Source of the DNA: Chiloscyllium plagiosum
Lineage: Eukaryota
Reading direction: 5' to 3'
NCBI RefSeq assembly: GCF_004010195.1
Contig: NC_057751.1
Coordinates: 9,059,611-9,123,610, forward strand
Length of the DNA stretch: 64,000 nt
The position numbers and the translations under genes were made by a program. This document shows positions 1 through 12,545 of this stretch, one piece after another. The notes beneath the pieces were generated by a model. That model had not been told where the DNA came from and ran no database searches. It saw nothing but the letters and a program-made list of their open reading frames with translations. Positions within the stretch are counted from its first letter, which is position 1, and every line of letters starts with the position of its first letter.

Positions 1-470
1 AGTGGTCCCAGGAATGAAAAGCTTAACGTTTGAGCAACATTTGAGGACTCTGGGGCTATACTCGATGGAGTTTAGAAGGATGAGGGGGATCTAATTGAAA
101 CTTACAGAATACTGAACAGCATGGACAGAGTAGAAGTTGGGAAGATGTTTCCATTGATAGGAGAGACCGGGATCCAAGGGCACAGCCTTAGAGTAAAGAT
201 CTTTTCTAACAGAGATAAGGAGAAATCTCTTCAGCCAGAGTGTGGTGAATCTATGGAATTCACTGCCACAGAAGGCTGTGGAGGCCAGGTCATTGAGTAT
301 AGAGATAAGACTGAGATAGATAGATTCTTGATTGTAAAGGGGATCAAGGGTTATAGGGAGTAAGTGGGAGAATGAGGTTGAGAATCTGCTCTGTTTGAAT
401 GGTGGAGCAGACTCAATGGGCTGAACGGCTTAACTTCTACTCTTATGTCTTTTGCACTTATGTTCTTAAG
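1..470 (+). mobile_element. CR1-type LINE 3' end fragment
   Basis: Decayed ORF2 C-terminus (GDLIETYRIL, IQGHSLRV) followed by a CR1-like 3' UTR and tcttatg-type tail; similar to 47860-48290. Confidence 0.8.
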
Positions 471-954
471 ATGCAGATATCAAGTCTCCACTTCTGAAGA
501 TCATTACCTTGTGAAAAAAACTGCTTTTGTCTTAAGAGCAGACTATCTGTTTACAACTTAGTACACCAGTGATATTAAATGCAATTCAGGACTTTTAAAC
601 TTGTACTTCAGTCACCAAAATCTCCCAGTTGTACTCACTGTTGATGCATCTGTCCTTCTGACTCCCACATCATATGAAGGGTTCCTTTATTCTCTGTGAA
701 GGAACAATAGGATTTATATTTCTGTGTTCACACTTTAGAATGCAGTTAAAATCCACTTTCCCTCAAAAAGGCAAAAAATTGAAATCTTAGTGTGTGTGAT
801 ACGAAGGACAGAACTTACATCTAATATCCCATCATTCTCTGAGGACATCCCAATGTGCTTAACCATCAATAAACTAACCTTCAAAGTTCTGTTTTAAAGA
901 CAGTCACGAACTCAAACTTGCAAACAGCAAAGTCACAAAAATCTGGCTGGACTC

Positions 955-1365
955 CAATTTTCTGCTCTCCATAAACTTCAGCTTGTCCAAAACTATGGTA
1001 CCCCTGTCCAAATTGACATAAAGTCGTGTTCACCAGTTTATTCCTGTGCTCACTGGGTTTGTATTAGTTAAACAACACCTCCCATTTCAAAATTCCCAGT
1101 TCTGTTTTTAAGAGTTCATGGTTTCGCACATCTCAATCTCTGCGATATCATTTAGTCGCAAAATCCTTCAACATACCTTTGTTCTTCTAATTCCTGTTGT
1201 GCATCTCAATTTTAATTGCTTTTTTTGCCTGGTTCAGATACGGTCAGCCGAAGGGCCTTTCTCTGTGCTGTCAACCTCGATGACACCATTTAAGGTCCTG
1301 TAATGAGTTCTGGAATTACCCATCTCAACCTCTTCCCCTCTCTTTCCTTCTTCGACCAAGCCCTC
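955..1365 (+). mobile_element. Old L2-like LINE fragment
   Basis: ctccataaacttcagcttgtccaaaac (LHKLQLVQN), then a decayed stretch resembling the L2 ORF2 C-terminus. Highly diverged. Confidence 0.4.
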
Positions 1366-1374
1366 ATCTTACAT

Positions 1375-2740
1375 GTAAGTACACAAATTAGGAGCAGGAG
1401 TAAGTGATTCAGCCCTTCAATTCTTCTCCACCATTTAGCAAGATCATGGCCAATCTAATTGTAACCTGAAATTCACATTCCCGCATATCCCGATAACTTT
1501 TACCTCCTTGCCTGACAAGAATCTAACTTGGCCTTAAAAATTTTCAAGGACTCTGCATCGATCAACTTCTCAGGAAGAGAGTTCCAAAGACTCATGACCC
1601 TTTGAGAGAAAAAAATTCTCCTCATCCTGATTTCAAATAGGCAGCCCCGACTTTTAAACAGTGTCCTGAAGCTCGACATTCTCCCAAAAGAGAAGGCATC
1701 CTCTCCATATCTACCCTGTCAAACCCCTCAGGATCTTGTATGTTTCAATCAAGTTGGCACAGTGGCTCAGTAGTTAGGACCGCAGCCTCACAGAGCCAGG
1801 GACCCTGGTTTGATTCCAGCCTTGAGTGACTGTCTGTGTGGTGTTTGCATATTCTCCCCATGTCAGTGTGGGCTTCTGCTGGGTACTCCGGTATCCTCCT
1901 AGAGTCCAAAGAAGTACAGAATAGGTGGATTTGCCATGCTAAATTGTCTATAGTGTCCAGGATTGTACAGGCTAAGTGGATTAGCCAAGGGAAATGCAGA
2001 GTTACATGTGGTGGGTCTGGTGGGATGCTCTTCGGAGGTCTGTGTAGACTTGATGGCCGAATACCCAGCTTCCACACTGTAGGGATTCTACGAAATCACC
2101 TTTAACTGTTATAAACTCCAGCAGATACAAGCCTATTTATCCAACTTTTTCTTGTAGAACAACCAACCCTACATCTCCCCACACCAACCCCATCGCCTAT
2201 CCATGCAGTTGCAAGTAGATTATCTCTGAACTACCTCCAATGCATTTACTTCCATCTTCAAATAAGGTGACCAATACTGTGCAGTGTTATATTCAGAAAC
2301 AGTCTCACCAGTGCCCTGAGTAACTGAAGCATAACCTCCCAAAATTTGTATTTGAACATTATGACTATAATCATGAGCCCAAAAATACCATTCTGTTAGC
2401 TTTCCGATGGATAATATACTTTTTTATCCTTCTTGCCAAAATGGATAGTTTCATATTTCCGACATTATACTCCATTTGCCAAACATTTGCCCACTCACGT
2501 AACCCATCTATCTCTTTTTGTCGCCTCCTTCAGTCCTCTTCACAACTTAATTTCCACCTTATGTTTGTGTTGTCAGCAACTTTGGCAACCATATTTCGTC
2601 TTCCTCATTGAAGTAAATCATGAATATAAATTATAAACAGTTGAGACCCAGGAGTTATTCCTGTGACACAGGACTCTTGGATCATGCTTCCAGAAGAAGA
2701 CCCATTTATGTCTACTCTCTGCTTCCTGTTAGTCAACAAT
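1375..2740 (-). mobile_element. Decayed CR1 LINE interrupted by a SINE at 1756-2090
   Basis: Starts with the reverse-complement CR1 tail (aattaggagcaggagta..attcagccc). Reverse-strand RT-like sequence continues after the SINE. Confidence 0.65.
1756..2090 (+). mobile_element. HE1-like V-SINE
   Basis: tRNA-like head (A box tggctcagtag, B box gtttgattcc), V-domain core tgtgtgg.gtttgca.attctcccc and LINE-derived tail ending gtagggattcta; homologous to 46901-47233. Confidence 0.85.
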
Positions 2741-2749
2741 TTTCTATTC

Positions 2750-2935
2750 ATGATTTAATAGCAGAGCATTTAGAAATATATTATCAGATTGACCTAAATC
2801 ACCATGGTTTCAGAAAGGGGAAATCATTCCTGACAAATTTACTAGAAATCTTTGAGGAGGTTAAAAGTAGGATAGATAAAAGGGAAGCATGGATGTAACA
2901 TATTTGGTTTTCCCGACGGCATTTGATAAGTTAGC
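2750..2935 (+). mobile_element. CR1 RT fragment
   Basis: Translates HHGFRKGKSFLTNLLEIFEEV, the QHGFxKGKSCLTNL motif of CR1 RT. Confidence 0.75.
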
Positions 2936-5749
2936 TTGGAATCCCATCCTAAGCGGAATGCTTGGGTTGAAATCTCTAAGGAGAGCTGTGAGAAGTTTTA
3001 ACTACAGACTGAGGCTCATTTAATGTTGCATCTCCATGACATTACTTTCTCATGAGCTCAAGTCCTGGTATGGGGTCTGAACACATTATTTTCATAACTC
3101 AGGGGTAAGGAGCACTTCCAAATTGTGCAAGTTGACATTGGGATCCGTCAACCCCAAAATTAACCAGGATGTTAAGACCCAGGTTTTAAATCATGATCTG
3201 AATGTACAATTGTGAATAAGCAGTGTCACTTGACTATGAAAACCTTTCATAGAGATGTACATGTGAATAATGAAGGTGAGAACAAAGCAGGTTATAACTT
3301 TCATTTACATAGCAAAAAGGAAATGTCAACAGATTGTATCAATAATAGGTGTCATTCCCATTTGTCATGTTTCTCACTGGTCAAGCAAAGCATATCATTA
3401 TGTAGTACAATAAATATGATCAAACTGTCTTAAAAAAAGACTTGTTTGATACATGTATCTTGCATGGTTTGCCGACATTTGTTATATTCAGGGTTCACAG
3501 TATAAATGAATTAGCTCGTGAATCTTCAACACAAGGGTGTGACTTCAATCAAAATTCTTGCTAGGTATGAAGTTTGTTCAGATGACTCTGGGTTTGGTCA
3601 CTCAGTTTAAAGTCCCCCAACCTCTGATTAATTGTGTAAAGTTTCGTCTGTGAAGCTCAAACATGTGTGTTTGGATTCAGTCCCTGAAGTTCTTAAATGT
3701 ACTTTAATATGAAGTTCAATCCAAACAATTCCAACACACAGTATATTATCAAAAAACGGGCTTTACAGACAGCTTTGATTGCACTTTAGGGTTTTCAGTC
3801 AGAAAATGTATCACCATGTGATCATGTTCTGCACTCCAGAGAGGGAACTTTAAATTCCTCAGATTTCAACCAGAGCATTCCAATTAGGATGGGATTCCGA
3901 GTGGCACACAGCCTTGATGGTTTTTAGTCTTATATTATCGCATTTTCTCTCTCACTGTTCCCTTTATATTGAAAAGTGAAAAGAGCCAGGGTTCAAAATG
4001 CAGGACGCCACAAGTATTGTAAAAAGTAGAAGAGTTGAATCATGAAATAGCTTGGATATAAAATGCTTATTTCCGAGAAGGATTAGATCAAAAGAGTAAA
4101 GGAATACATTCAAGTTGACACATTGCAATATGTCTTGACTGAACACTGTGAGAATACAGGGGGGCACTGACAGCTCAATGAGATTTGGAGAAACTCAAAA
4201 GAAAATCAAGATTGAGGAAAAAGCAAGAGAGACACACACATGGACAAAGAAAAGCAATTGCAGGTGGGGGTTGACAAAAGTACTGATAATGAGTCGAGCA
4301 TCTTTTCTGTATTTTGCATAATGGCATGACAGAGTCTCTAGAAGTAATTTGTCAAATGTGGGACAGCATTCTAAAGTTGTGTTGGAAGTAGACTTAACAA
4401 ATAAAAGAGATAAGAATGTTGTTCTTTCTCGGTTTGCTGCACTACAACTGTCATACAAGTAATTAGTGGGAGGCTTTACCTGAAGGAATGTGCTCCACTT
4501 CTCTCAATAAAATTATATTGTTCTCGACAAGATAATTTCTCTCGTCCTATGAAGAACTCTCACTGGACCTTCTTTTGAGAACACTTCATTTGCAATTACA
4601 AACTCATAGAGTCTTTAAGGTATAAATCCACACCTCAAATCTCAGCCCAGGAGCTTTGGAATTATTTTCAATAATTGTGTCAGAATTTAATTTGAATATA
4701 AAATCATTGAGCTGTCAGTTGAGACATCCATACTGGGACATTAGACTATAGCAAGCTATTTGCAATCAGAAAGAGAATACAATTTAACTCTCAAAAGGCC
4801 TAAATTAATATTTCTGCATCACTGAATATTAGGAAGCAGGAAAAGAGTGACACAAAAGACCAGAAGAACATTTTTAATTAACTTGCTGATGACAACAACA
4901 GTATTTTATAAGTGAGGTATGGGTTAATCTCAGGGGGCTCCATGGATCCGAAGCCAGTGGAGATAGCAGCCTGTTCAAAATAGAAGTACGATTCAATAAA
5001 GCGAAGAAGCCGTACAATGTTTACTATAGATTAGAAAGATACCAAAACACCTTCAGGACTTTGCCAGAAGCATAGATAGTTTTTATTATAGGCTACCATC
5101 TTTAAAGTACTTTATGAAGTTTAGCACCTTCCTATCCTTTTTCCATTCAGAACTGGAAAAGCCCCATCAATGCACGAAATTCCAGTGCAACATGAGTTTG
5201 AAGGATAGCAGTTGATCACTCGATTAGATGTTTTACAGGTTTCCAAGTTCATCACTGACCTTACAAACTTGAACTACTGGATGGTTACTTTTGAAATTAT
5301 TCTGGTTTGCTCATGTATACCTCCTCCAGACCAATCTTTTGTTTCTCAACTTGATGAATATGCTTTCCTGTTGCCTTACACCATCATCCTCATTGTCGAT
5401 TTATCTCTCCTGCCTTTCAACCTATCACAGAGCTTCTCTCTTATTCTGTACCTCATGCCCCACCTCTTAAGTTGCTTAAAACGTATTAAATCTTGGTTTT
5501 CTTGACTGGTGAAAGTCATGAACCTGAAATGCTGACTTTTGCTTATCTTTTCACAAGTGCTATGTGACCTGCTAAATATTTCCAGCATTTTCTTTATCAC
5601 ACACACAGTTCAGTTTCTAATTTCACATTTCAAAACAATCAGCATGTCAGAAGGGGAAAATAAGGATTGGATTGTGAACTCAGAATTGAGGATGAACACA
5701 GGGAGAGAACAAGAGGCATTCTGAGAATACAATTTGTAAAAGAAAAAAT

Positions 5750-6000
5750 TCATGGATGTGGCCATCGCTGGCAAGGCCACAACTTTACACCCACCCCAAA
5801 TTGGTCTTGACAAGGTGTTACTATGTTGCTTTCTTTAGTACAACAGGATGGCTTGCCAGGCCATGTCAGAGAGCATCTCAGAATCATTGCACGTTGCTGT
5901 GGGTCTGGAGTCACATGTCGGCTAGACTGGGTTGGGATGGCAGAATTATTCTTTAATGCACATTTTGTTTTCCAATACCCGGTAGTTTGATGGTCGCCAC
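5750..6000 (-). repeat. Old SINE-like repeat hosting the LTR at 6001
   Basis: Similar to the repeat at 43190-43480 (gtcgctggcaaggcc, ttgctgt...., ggcag.tt.ct). Appears to resume after 6657. Confidence 0.4.
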
Positions 6001-6657
6001 TGAGATAGTTCCACAGAGATCGGTATCCCGTCACTTAGTCACCCTTTATTAAGAGGGCACAGTACTTGACACTGATCTGGCTTTCTCATATCCAACTCTC
6101 AGTGTGAACAGAACCTCTGACATTACTGTTTCTTTTTTTTTTTCTTTCCTTCCTCTCTCTGTAGGGCAGCTAGTCCAGGGATAGTCCCCTTCAAGAAGAG
6201 TCCTTGCACATACACTCACAATAGGCAAACACCCGGGTGGCCAGTGACAAACACTGCCCTTCACATCAAAGGGAAATCTCCTGTTCTTTTTTGTTTCTTT
6301 TTTTTTTTCTTTTTTCTCTTTTTTTTCCCCGCACTACCACCTCAGTGTGGTAGTGCTTATTTTATCCCCAGCACCCATGGTGTGTGTGTATACGTGTGAG
6401 ACACAGTGAAAGACACAAAGTGCACGAATCTTTATTCAAATTCCACCACCAGGAAGATAGGAAAACATCCGGGTGGCCAGTGACAAACATTGCCCTTCAC
6501 ATCAAAGGGCAGAGCTGTGTGATCAAAACAGTGAGGGGGAGACATTACTGTTTCTACCTGTCATCCAGGACTCCCTGATTGGACCAGGTTAACAGCCTGG
6601 TTCAGGGAATTCAGATTCCATGAGGTCTACCTGGCTGATGTCATAACAATCACTGCA
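6001..6657 (-). mobile_element. Isolated LTR of the same Gypsy family as 54756-58277, split by a 407-bp insertion
   Basis: Aligns to both LTRs (cggtatccc.tca...gtcaccctttatt; ctccctgattggaccag.ttaacagc; acaatcact.ca). Removing the insertion and one TSD copy leaves 235 bp, against 236 bp for the other LTRs. Confidence 0.85.
6134..6540 (-). mobile_element. Unclassified retroposon insertion with perfect 15-bp TSD
   Basis: gacattactgtttct is duplicated at 6119-6133 and 6541-6555. The T-rich left end is an A-rich tail on the minus strand, and minus-strand AATAAA lies at 6431-6436. Confidence 0.8.
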
Positions 6658-8239
6658 ATCGTTACTAATGCTCATTTAATTCCAGGTTTATTAAGTGAAC
6701 TGCACTGTAGCTCCCCAGCAGTGGCGGCATGAAAATGGTTTACTTATCATTAGTTCAGACCTCTATATGAGCACTGTTTCCTGAAACCAGAGTTATAAAT
6801 ATCACAAAAGTATGAAAGAGAAGGAAGCCAGGAGAGGATTTGTTCATCAAGGATCTGGCTCGGGTAACTTGTCTACATAAACTGGCTGAGATGGAGATCT
6901 TTTAATTACTTTTGGGAAATAAAAGTAACTCATGTTCCTGATCCAGAATGGCTTATCATTCATGTCAGCAAACCTATTGTCCCTATTTGCCAAGGAAGGG
7001 CTCACCTCTGATATATCCCCCTAAATGGTAAAAATAACTCTTGAGACATCTGGGTAGAAATTTTCCTTGCAAAATTCTGAGTCCTTCCCTATGACAAGAT
7101 ACGATAGATGAAGGAGAGGTTCCAGGTTCAAGAGACATAAATCGATGCAAAGATGTCAAAAATGAAGATGATTCTTGAAAATTACAAAACAATGCCAGTA
7201 TGTAGAACAAAATTTGTGAAGGTGTTGAACTGAAAGTTGCACAAGATGGCTGACATTCTGGGCTTCTCCAAGTTATAATTTCAATGTAAAACGAGGATCT
7301 CTGAACACATTGCAGAATCTGATCAGCTCTGTTCACGTCTGATATTTAAAACCTTAAACCTTGATCGGTTCCTGTTTTCTTGGCACAGCCCCACCCCCAC
7401 TTCCATCTGGCTTCAGTCAGTAGTGGTCCCTTGTGTCAAGCCGTTAACACAGGCCTCTGGATATCGGAAAGCATGTACATAGAAATGATGGTAAACATTC
7501 AGTGAGTGAAAGAGAGCGATAGGAAATATTAACCTGCACAAGTAAAGAGACTTGGCTGACTGCTTTTTTGGAATACATACCTCTTCACAACTACCTCAAG
7601 TTCATGGAAAATTTTAGTAATCTTTCTCGGTAGCCCTCAAAGGTCAGAAATGTCTGAGCTATGGTAGATCCTAAAAAATGGAGAAGACCAAAAAAGGGAA
7701 AATTAAAATTGTCTCTCATTCTATAGCTTTCCTGCCTTCAACTTTGTCTTGAAAAAGTACAGCTTCAATTTATATAAGCCTCCTGTGCCATCCTAGTTTC
7801 ACACACTTATGTTTTAACTCTCACACAAATCCACTACCATAAAATTAGCCCATGTTCCTGGGCAATCAGGACCGCAGGAATTTTCATCCTAACAGTTTGC
7901 AAACACATTCTTCATAACACAAAGGAACATTTATGTCATGAAAGATGAAGAGAAAAGATGAGGTAGGTTTTATGCTTTATGGAAAACAGATGTTTGCTGA
8001 TCCCAAACCTACTGGTTGGTAGGAGTCTCAGAGCATGTGCAGCAAGGAGGTTTTAAACAAGATCTAGGCCAGGCCTGCACCAATGGGACAGAGATTTTAA
8101 CAAAGAGAAAGGGTTCAAGAGAAAACACCGTAGTCGGCAGTAGTTTTTAAGAAAGAACCAATTTGTTGTATCAGCTTTCTAATGCTCCATAACTCTCAGA
8201 CTTCTGAAACCCAAACTCCAGCTTGCCATCAACATTAAT

Positions 8240-8790
8240 CAACAACTTGCATTTATATAAAGTCTTCAACATAGTGAAGCCTTTCAATGCGCTACATGGA
8301 ATGTTAGTGAGCAAAATTTGATAACAAACTACAGAAGGAATGACAAAGGCAGATAGTCAAAAGTTTAGTCAAAGAAGTATGCTTTAACTAATCTGAAAGG
8401 AGAAAAAGAAGGTAGAAAGATGAAGAGATGCAAGGAGGGTCCTCCAGAGACTAGGGCCCATATACCTGAAGGCACAGACAAGAATTGTGGAGAGATTTAA
8501 ATCAGGAATGCTCAAGAGACCAGAAGTGAAGCAGAACAGGCACTCCAAAGGTTATAGTGCTGGACGAGATTTCACAGCTGGTGAAGAGTGAGATGCTGCA
8601 GGGATCTGGAAACAAAGGATGAGCAAACAAAGATGAGAATTTTAAAACTGGGTTAATGGCTAAATGGGGTGCTGTGAGTGAGTACATCGGGGTTGTGCAG
8701 AGTAGAATATGTGGGGTCAGCAGAGTGTGCTAAAATAGTCTGGAGGTAACAAAGGTACAGTAAATGTTTCAGTTGTATATTAAGCATTGA
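8240..8790 (-). mobile_element. L2-like LINE 3' fragment
   Basis: Starts caacaacttgcatttatata, the reverse complement of an L2-type tail; a related copy starts at 51693. Confidence 0.55.
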
Positions 8791-10280
8791 GTTAAGGTTA
8801 CTTCAGGAATCAATAATAGGTAAAAACAGCAAGTATTCCCATTCCTGTAACTCTGCTATTGAGTAACATAACTAGGGGGGATGCATTTATGGCAGTTGGA
8901 TCGGAACAATATTAAACTGAAGTGGTCCCCATTACTGCCAATATTGACTGTGCAGTACCATTCAGAGAAAATAGCCAATCGGTAATTTATCAAGGATGAC
9001 CTGTTCTCCCAGAACAGTAAGCTGTTGAAAAATCAAAATCTTTTGGGGAGGATATGATAAGACATATCAGAAGTAAAAGTAAAATATGCCTCAGGCAAAA
9101 GAAACAAACTATATGTCATGCCTGCAAATAAAAGCTGCTTTTAATAAACAAATAAAGAAAGGTTGCTCTTTTAATTCCACTTCATCAAGGAACTGTCTTT
9201 CAAACTCTGACCTCTCAAAATTCAATGAACTGGAACTGAATGGCTATGGATTTTCAGACGTGTTCATCTCAAGTTTTAAAAAGTGCCAAGATTTAATAGT
9301 TCTTTTGTTCAAAATCATTCGAGAGCCATTGTCAGCCTGAGAGCAGCAACATTGTGAAGCAGTGTTCGTGCCTGTGTCTGTCTTGAGGGGGTTGTGGGAC
9401 TGCACTACAAAATGTGGTTGTCATGGTGACCAGAAAAAATGAAACCACTTTGAGTTCACCTGGGACCAACAGCCACACATCTGCTATTTTAAGAGCTGGG
9501 CTTCTGGAATCCACCTTAACCCTTTCTGGTGATACTGTTTTCCTCTTCTCTCCTGAAGATGTTGACTGTTGTTGGAAGATGGTTCTCAGGCAGTAGCCAG
9601 CAACCTTGCATTTCTGCATCGGAATGATCATTCTTCTTACACTAGCCTACCCATTAGTCAGTGATAAGGCAATCAATGAAGGTTTGAGGTTTGGATAAGG
9701 AGCTCTGACTTTCATATCCCTTCCCTCATTCAGGTCTTGGAAGACAATTGTAATGCTCATCTGTTTGTCTGCCCCCTTACTTAGGCAGCCAAAAATTAGA
9801 GACAGCAGTGAACCTGTGTCTACCTTGCTCAATTTAGTTCAATCGTACTTCTTTCACCAACAGACATAATGAGGAAATTTACATCTGCTTTCTGAAAACA
9901 TCACATGACAGATTTAGAGTTTCCATTCTGCTGTATGTTTATGTATTGTGGTCACCCCAAGGTAACTTCAGACAACCAAGAGAGTACATTATTTCTGTCA
10001 GTGGGAGGTCACACATCTCATATTATGGATGAGATGGCAGCCAATATCTCTGGGGTAGAGAAATGAGAAGAAATATCTGTAGATTCCAGATCTCAGTGTA
10101 ATGCCTCATCCAAGTCTTTGCACAGATGCAATAGATGTAATGCTGCCTCTCTTCAGCTCAGTGACTTAATTCGGCTGAACACGGTAACTATTAGCCCCAG
10201 TGCAGAAGCTAGAATTAAAAGCTTATCTAATGGTGACCATGATCCCACCTGTCAAATTTGAGGTTTCTTGTGGAACAGGA

Positions 10281-10347
10281 ATAGTGTCCCTACCTTTGGG
10301 TCAGAAGGTCTAGGTTCAAGCCTCATCTGCGACAGATTTGTAACATG
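10281..10347 (+). repeat. Short tRNA-like SINE fragment split by a CR1 insertion (resumes 11422-11447)
   Basis: tagtgtccctacct...ggttcaag.c is shared with 17248-17338 and 60174-60270. Confidence 0.6.
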
Positions 10348-11421
10348 CCAATTGGATACGTAATTGGCTGAACAGCAGAAGACAGAGAGTGTTGGCAGAA
10401 GGTTGCTTTTAGGACTGAAGACCTGTCACTAGCAACGTTCCACAGTGATCTGTTCTGGATCCTCTTTTGTTTGTCATTGATATGAATGATTAGGATCAGA
10501 ATACAGAAGGCTTGGTTAGTAAGTTTGCAGATGACACCAAAATTGGTTGCATAATAGACAGTGAAGAAGGTTTTTTAAGATTACAAAAGGATCTTGATCA
10601 AATTGGCTAAAAGACTGAAAAATGGCAGATGGAGTTCAATTTGAATAAATGCAATTTAGTGCAATAAATGCACTTCAGTACAACAAACTGGGGCAGAACT
10701 TAGATAAGTAATAGTCGAGCCTTGGTTAGTGTTGCAGAACAGAGGGACCTCGGGGTTCTAATGCATAATTCTTTGAAGTTTGCATTACATATGGACAGGA
10801 TGGTTAAAAAGGAATTTAGCACACTTGCTTTCCTGACTCAGTAGTTTGAGCATAGGAGTTGGGAAGTCATGTTCAGGTTGTACAGGACATTGGTGTGACC
10901 TCTTCTGGAATATGTGTCCAGTTCTGGTTGCCCAGATAAAGGAAGGATGGATAATTATTAAGCTAGAGAGGTTTCAGAGGTGTTTACCAGGATGTTGCCA
11001 TGTATAGATGGTTTGAGTTATAAAGAAATGCTGGATAGGCAGGGACCCATTTTTCACTGGACTGTAGGAGGTTGACAGGTATCCTTGTAGAGGTTTATAA
11101 AATCATGAGGGGTAGAGGGAGGGTTAATGGGAGGTGTCTTTCTCCTAGGCTGGGGGATTTCAAGACTAGGGGACATGTTTTTTAAGGTGAAAGGAGAAAG
11201 ATTTAAAAAAGACACGAGGGGCAAATTTTCACACAGTTCACATGGGGAATGAACATTCAGTAGAAGGGTGCAGTTTTGACATTAGATAAGTACATGAACA
11301 GGAAAGGTTTGGAGGATACTGGCCAGGACAGGCAGGTAGGACCAGTTTAGTTTGGGATTATGTTCAGCATAGACTGATTGGACCAAAGGATCCGTTTTCC
11401 ATCCTGTATGAGTCTATAACT
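10348..11421 (+). mobile_element. 5'-truncated CR1 LINE
   Basis: VSKFADDTKIG coding sequence at about 10515-10548, decayed ORF2 C-terminus and tail; flanked by acatg at 10343-10347 and 11422-11426. Confidence 0.88.
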
Positions 11422-11959
11422 ACATGTCTGAGAAGGTTGATTAAAAGTTTACATTTCTTTAATGAACAGTAGCGACCCAATGCTTGGGCTAGTTCACTAT
11501 TCAAAACTTAATCAAGCAAATGGCATTAATGCCTGTCCTTCCAGCATAGCTTTAAACATAACTCACATGCAGAAGCATTTGCAGTTACGACTGCATTATG
11601 GAATTTCGCTAAGACTGACTTTGCCCTCTATCTTTCTTTCATGATTTGATTCGGAAGCATGGAAGATAATCAGGGGCACTCTACAGTTTTCCTTGGTCGC
11701 TCTTTCACAGTAATATGACTTGTTAGATAGCTACCTAAACCTATAGTAGAGGATAAATTTATATCTTGATTCTCAAATGAAGTTCCTTCACAGAACACTA
11801 AAATTCATTCCAAATGAAATTTGGTTGAACACAAACTGTAGGAATATTACAATGAATAGATTGGGATCTTTGGCAGTTCCAGCTGTGAAAACACAGGAAG
11901 TCTTCTCTGCGAAATTGAAAAATGTTACTCTCATGTAATAATACTGCTATTCCTTAGTG

Positions 11960-12545
11960 TGCTGTTTGGAGAGTGGAAGTATCGACACTTTGCATCCAAC
12001 CTACCATGAAACTGATGTGTGCATGTTTGAGTAAGTGGTGCAGACCAAAGTTATTCCAATATGCACCCATATCATAGTTGAGTGTGCTTGCTAAGTTAGT
12101 CCATCAGAAGTCTAACTAATGTCTAAACAGTGCTGTCCCAATCCTGAAAGAGCCTGATGCAACAACGTAGAGGGGACTTATTCTGGATCAAACCTTCTGC
12201 TGGTCGTGGATTGGGAATGTTTGATTGGACAGTATATAGCAAGCTTCACTCTGTACCAAGTGTACTCCATAGTCTTTAACACAGATTGTGGAGAGTTAAC
12301 TTTACTCTGGTTCTCACCCACACTGGAACTGCACTGGGGGTATGCAATGGGATGGTATCAAGGGACCTTTGCGACATATCATACCAGTACCAGCTATGGC
12401 CTTGTATGTTGGGACAGTTCAGGAAAAGCTTTTTTAGTACCTAACCCCAGTGGTGGACCTGCCATCAGAATGTTTCATGAGAAACTGCAGGGAGGAGCTT
12501 TATTCTCTAACTCATGCTGTCCAGGTCCTTGCACTGTTTGATGTT
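11960..12545. repeat. Highly degenerate tandem repeat, unit about 60-70 bp
   Basis: Recurring gt(a)gaggg.actt(t)a.tctg.atc.aacc-like motif near 12167, 12232, 12288, 12355, 12417 and 12487. Confidence 0.5.

Noticed and set aside
11960..12545. CRISPR-like array
   Set aside because: There are no identical repeats with unique spacers and no cas genes, and the context is a vertebrate intron.
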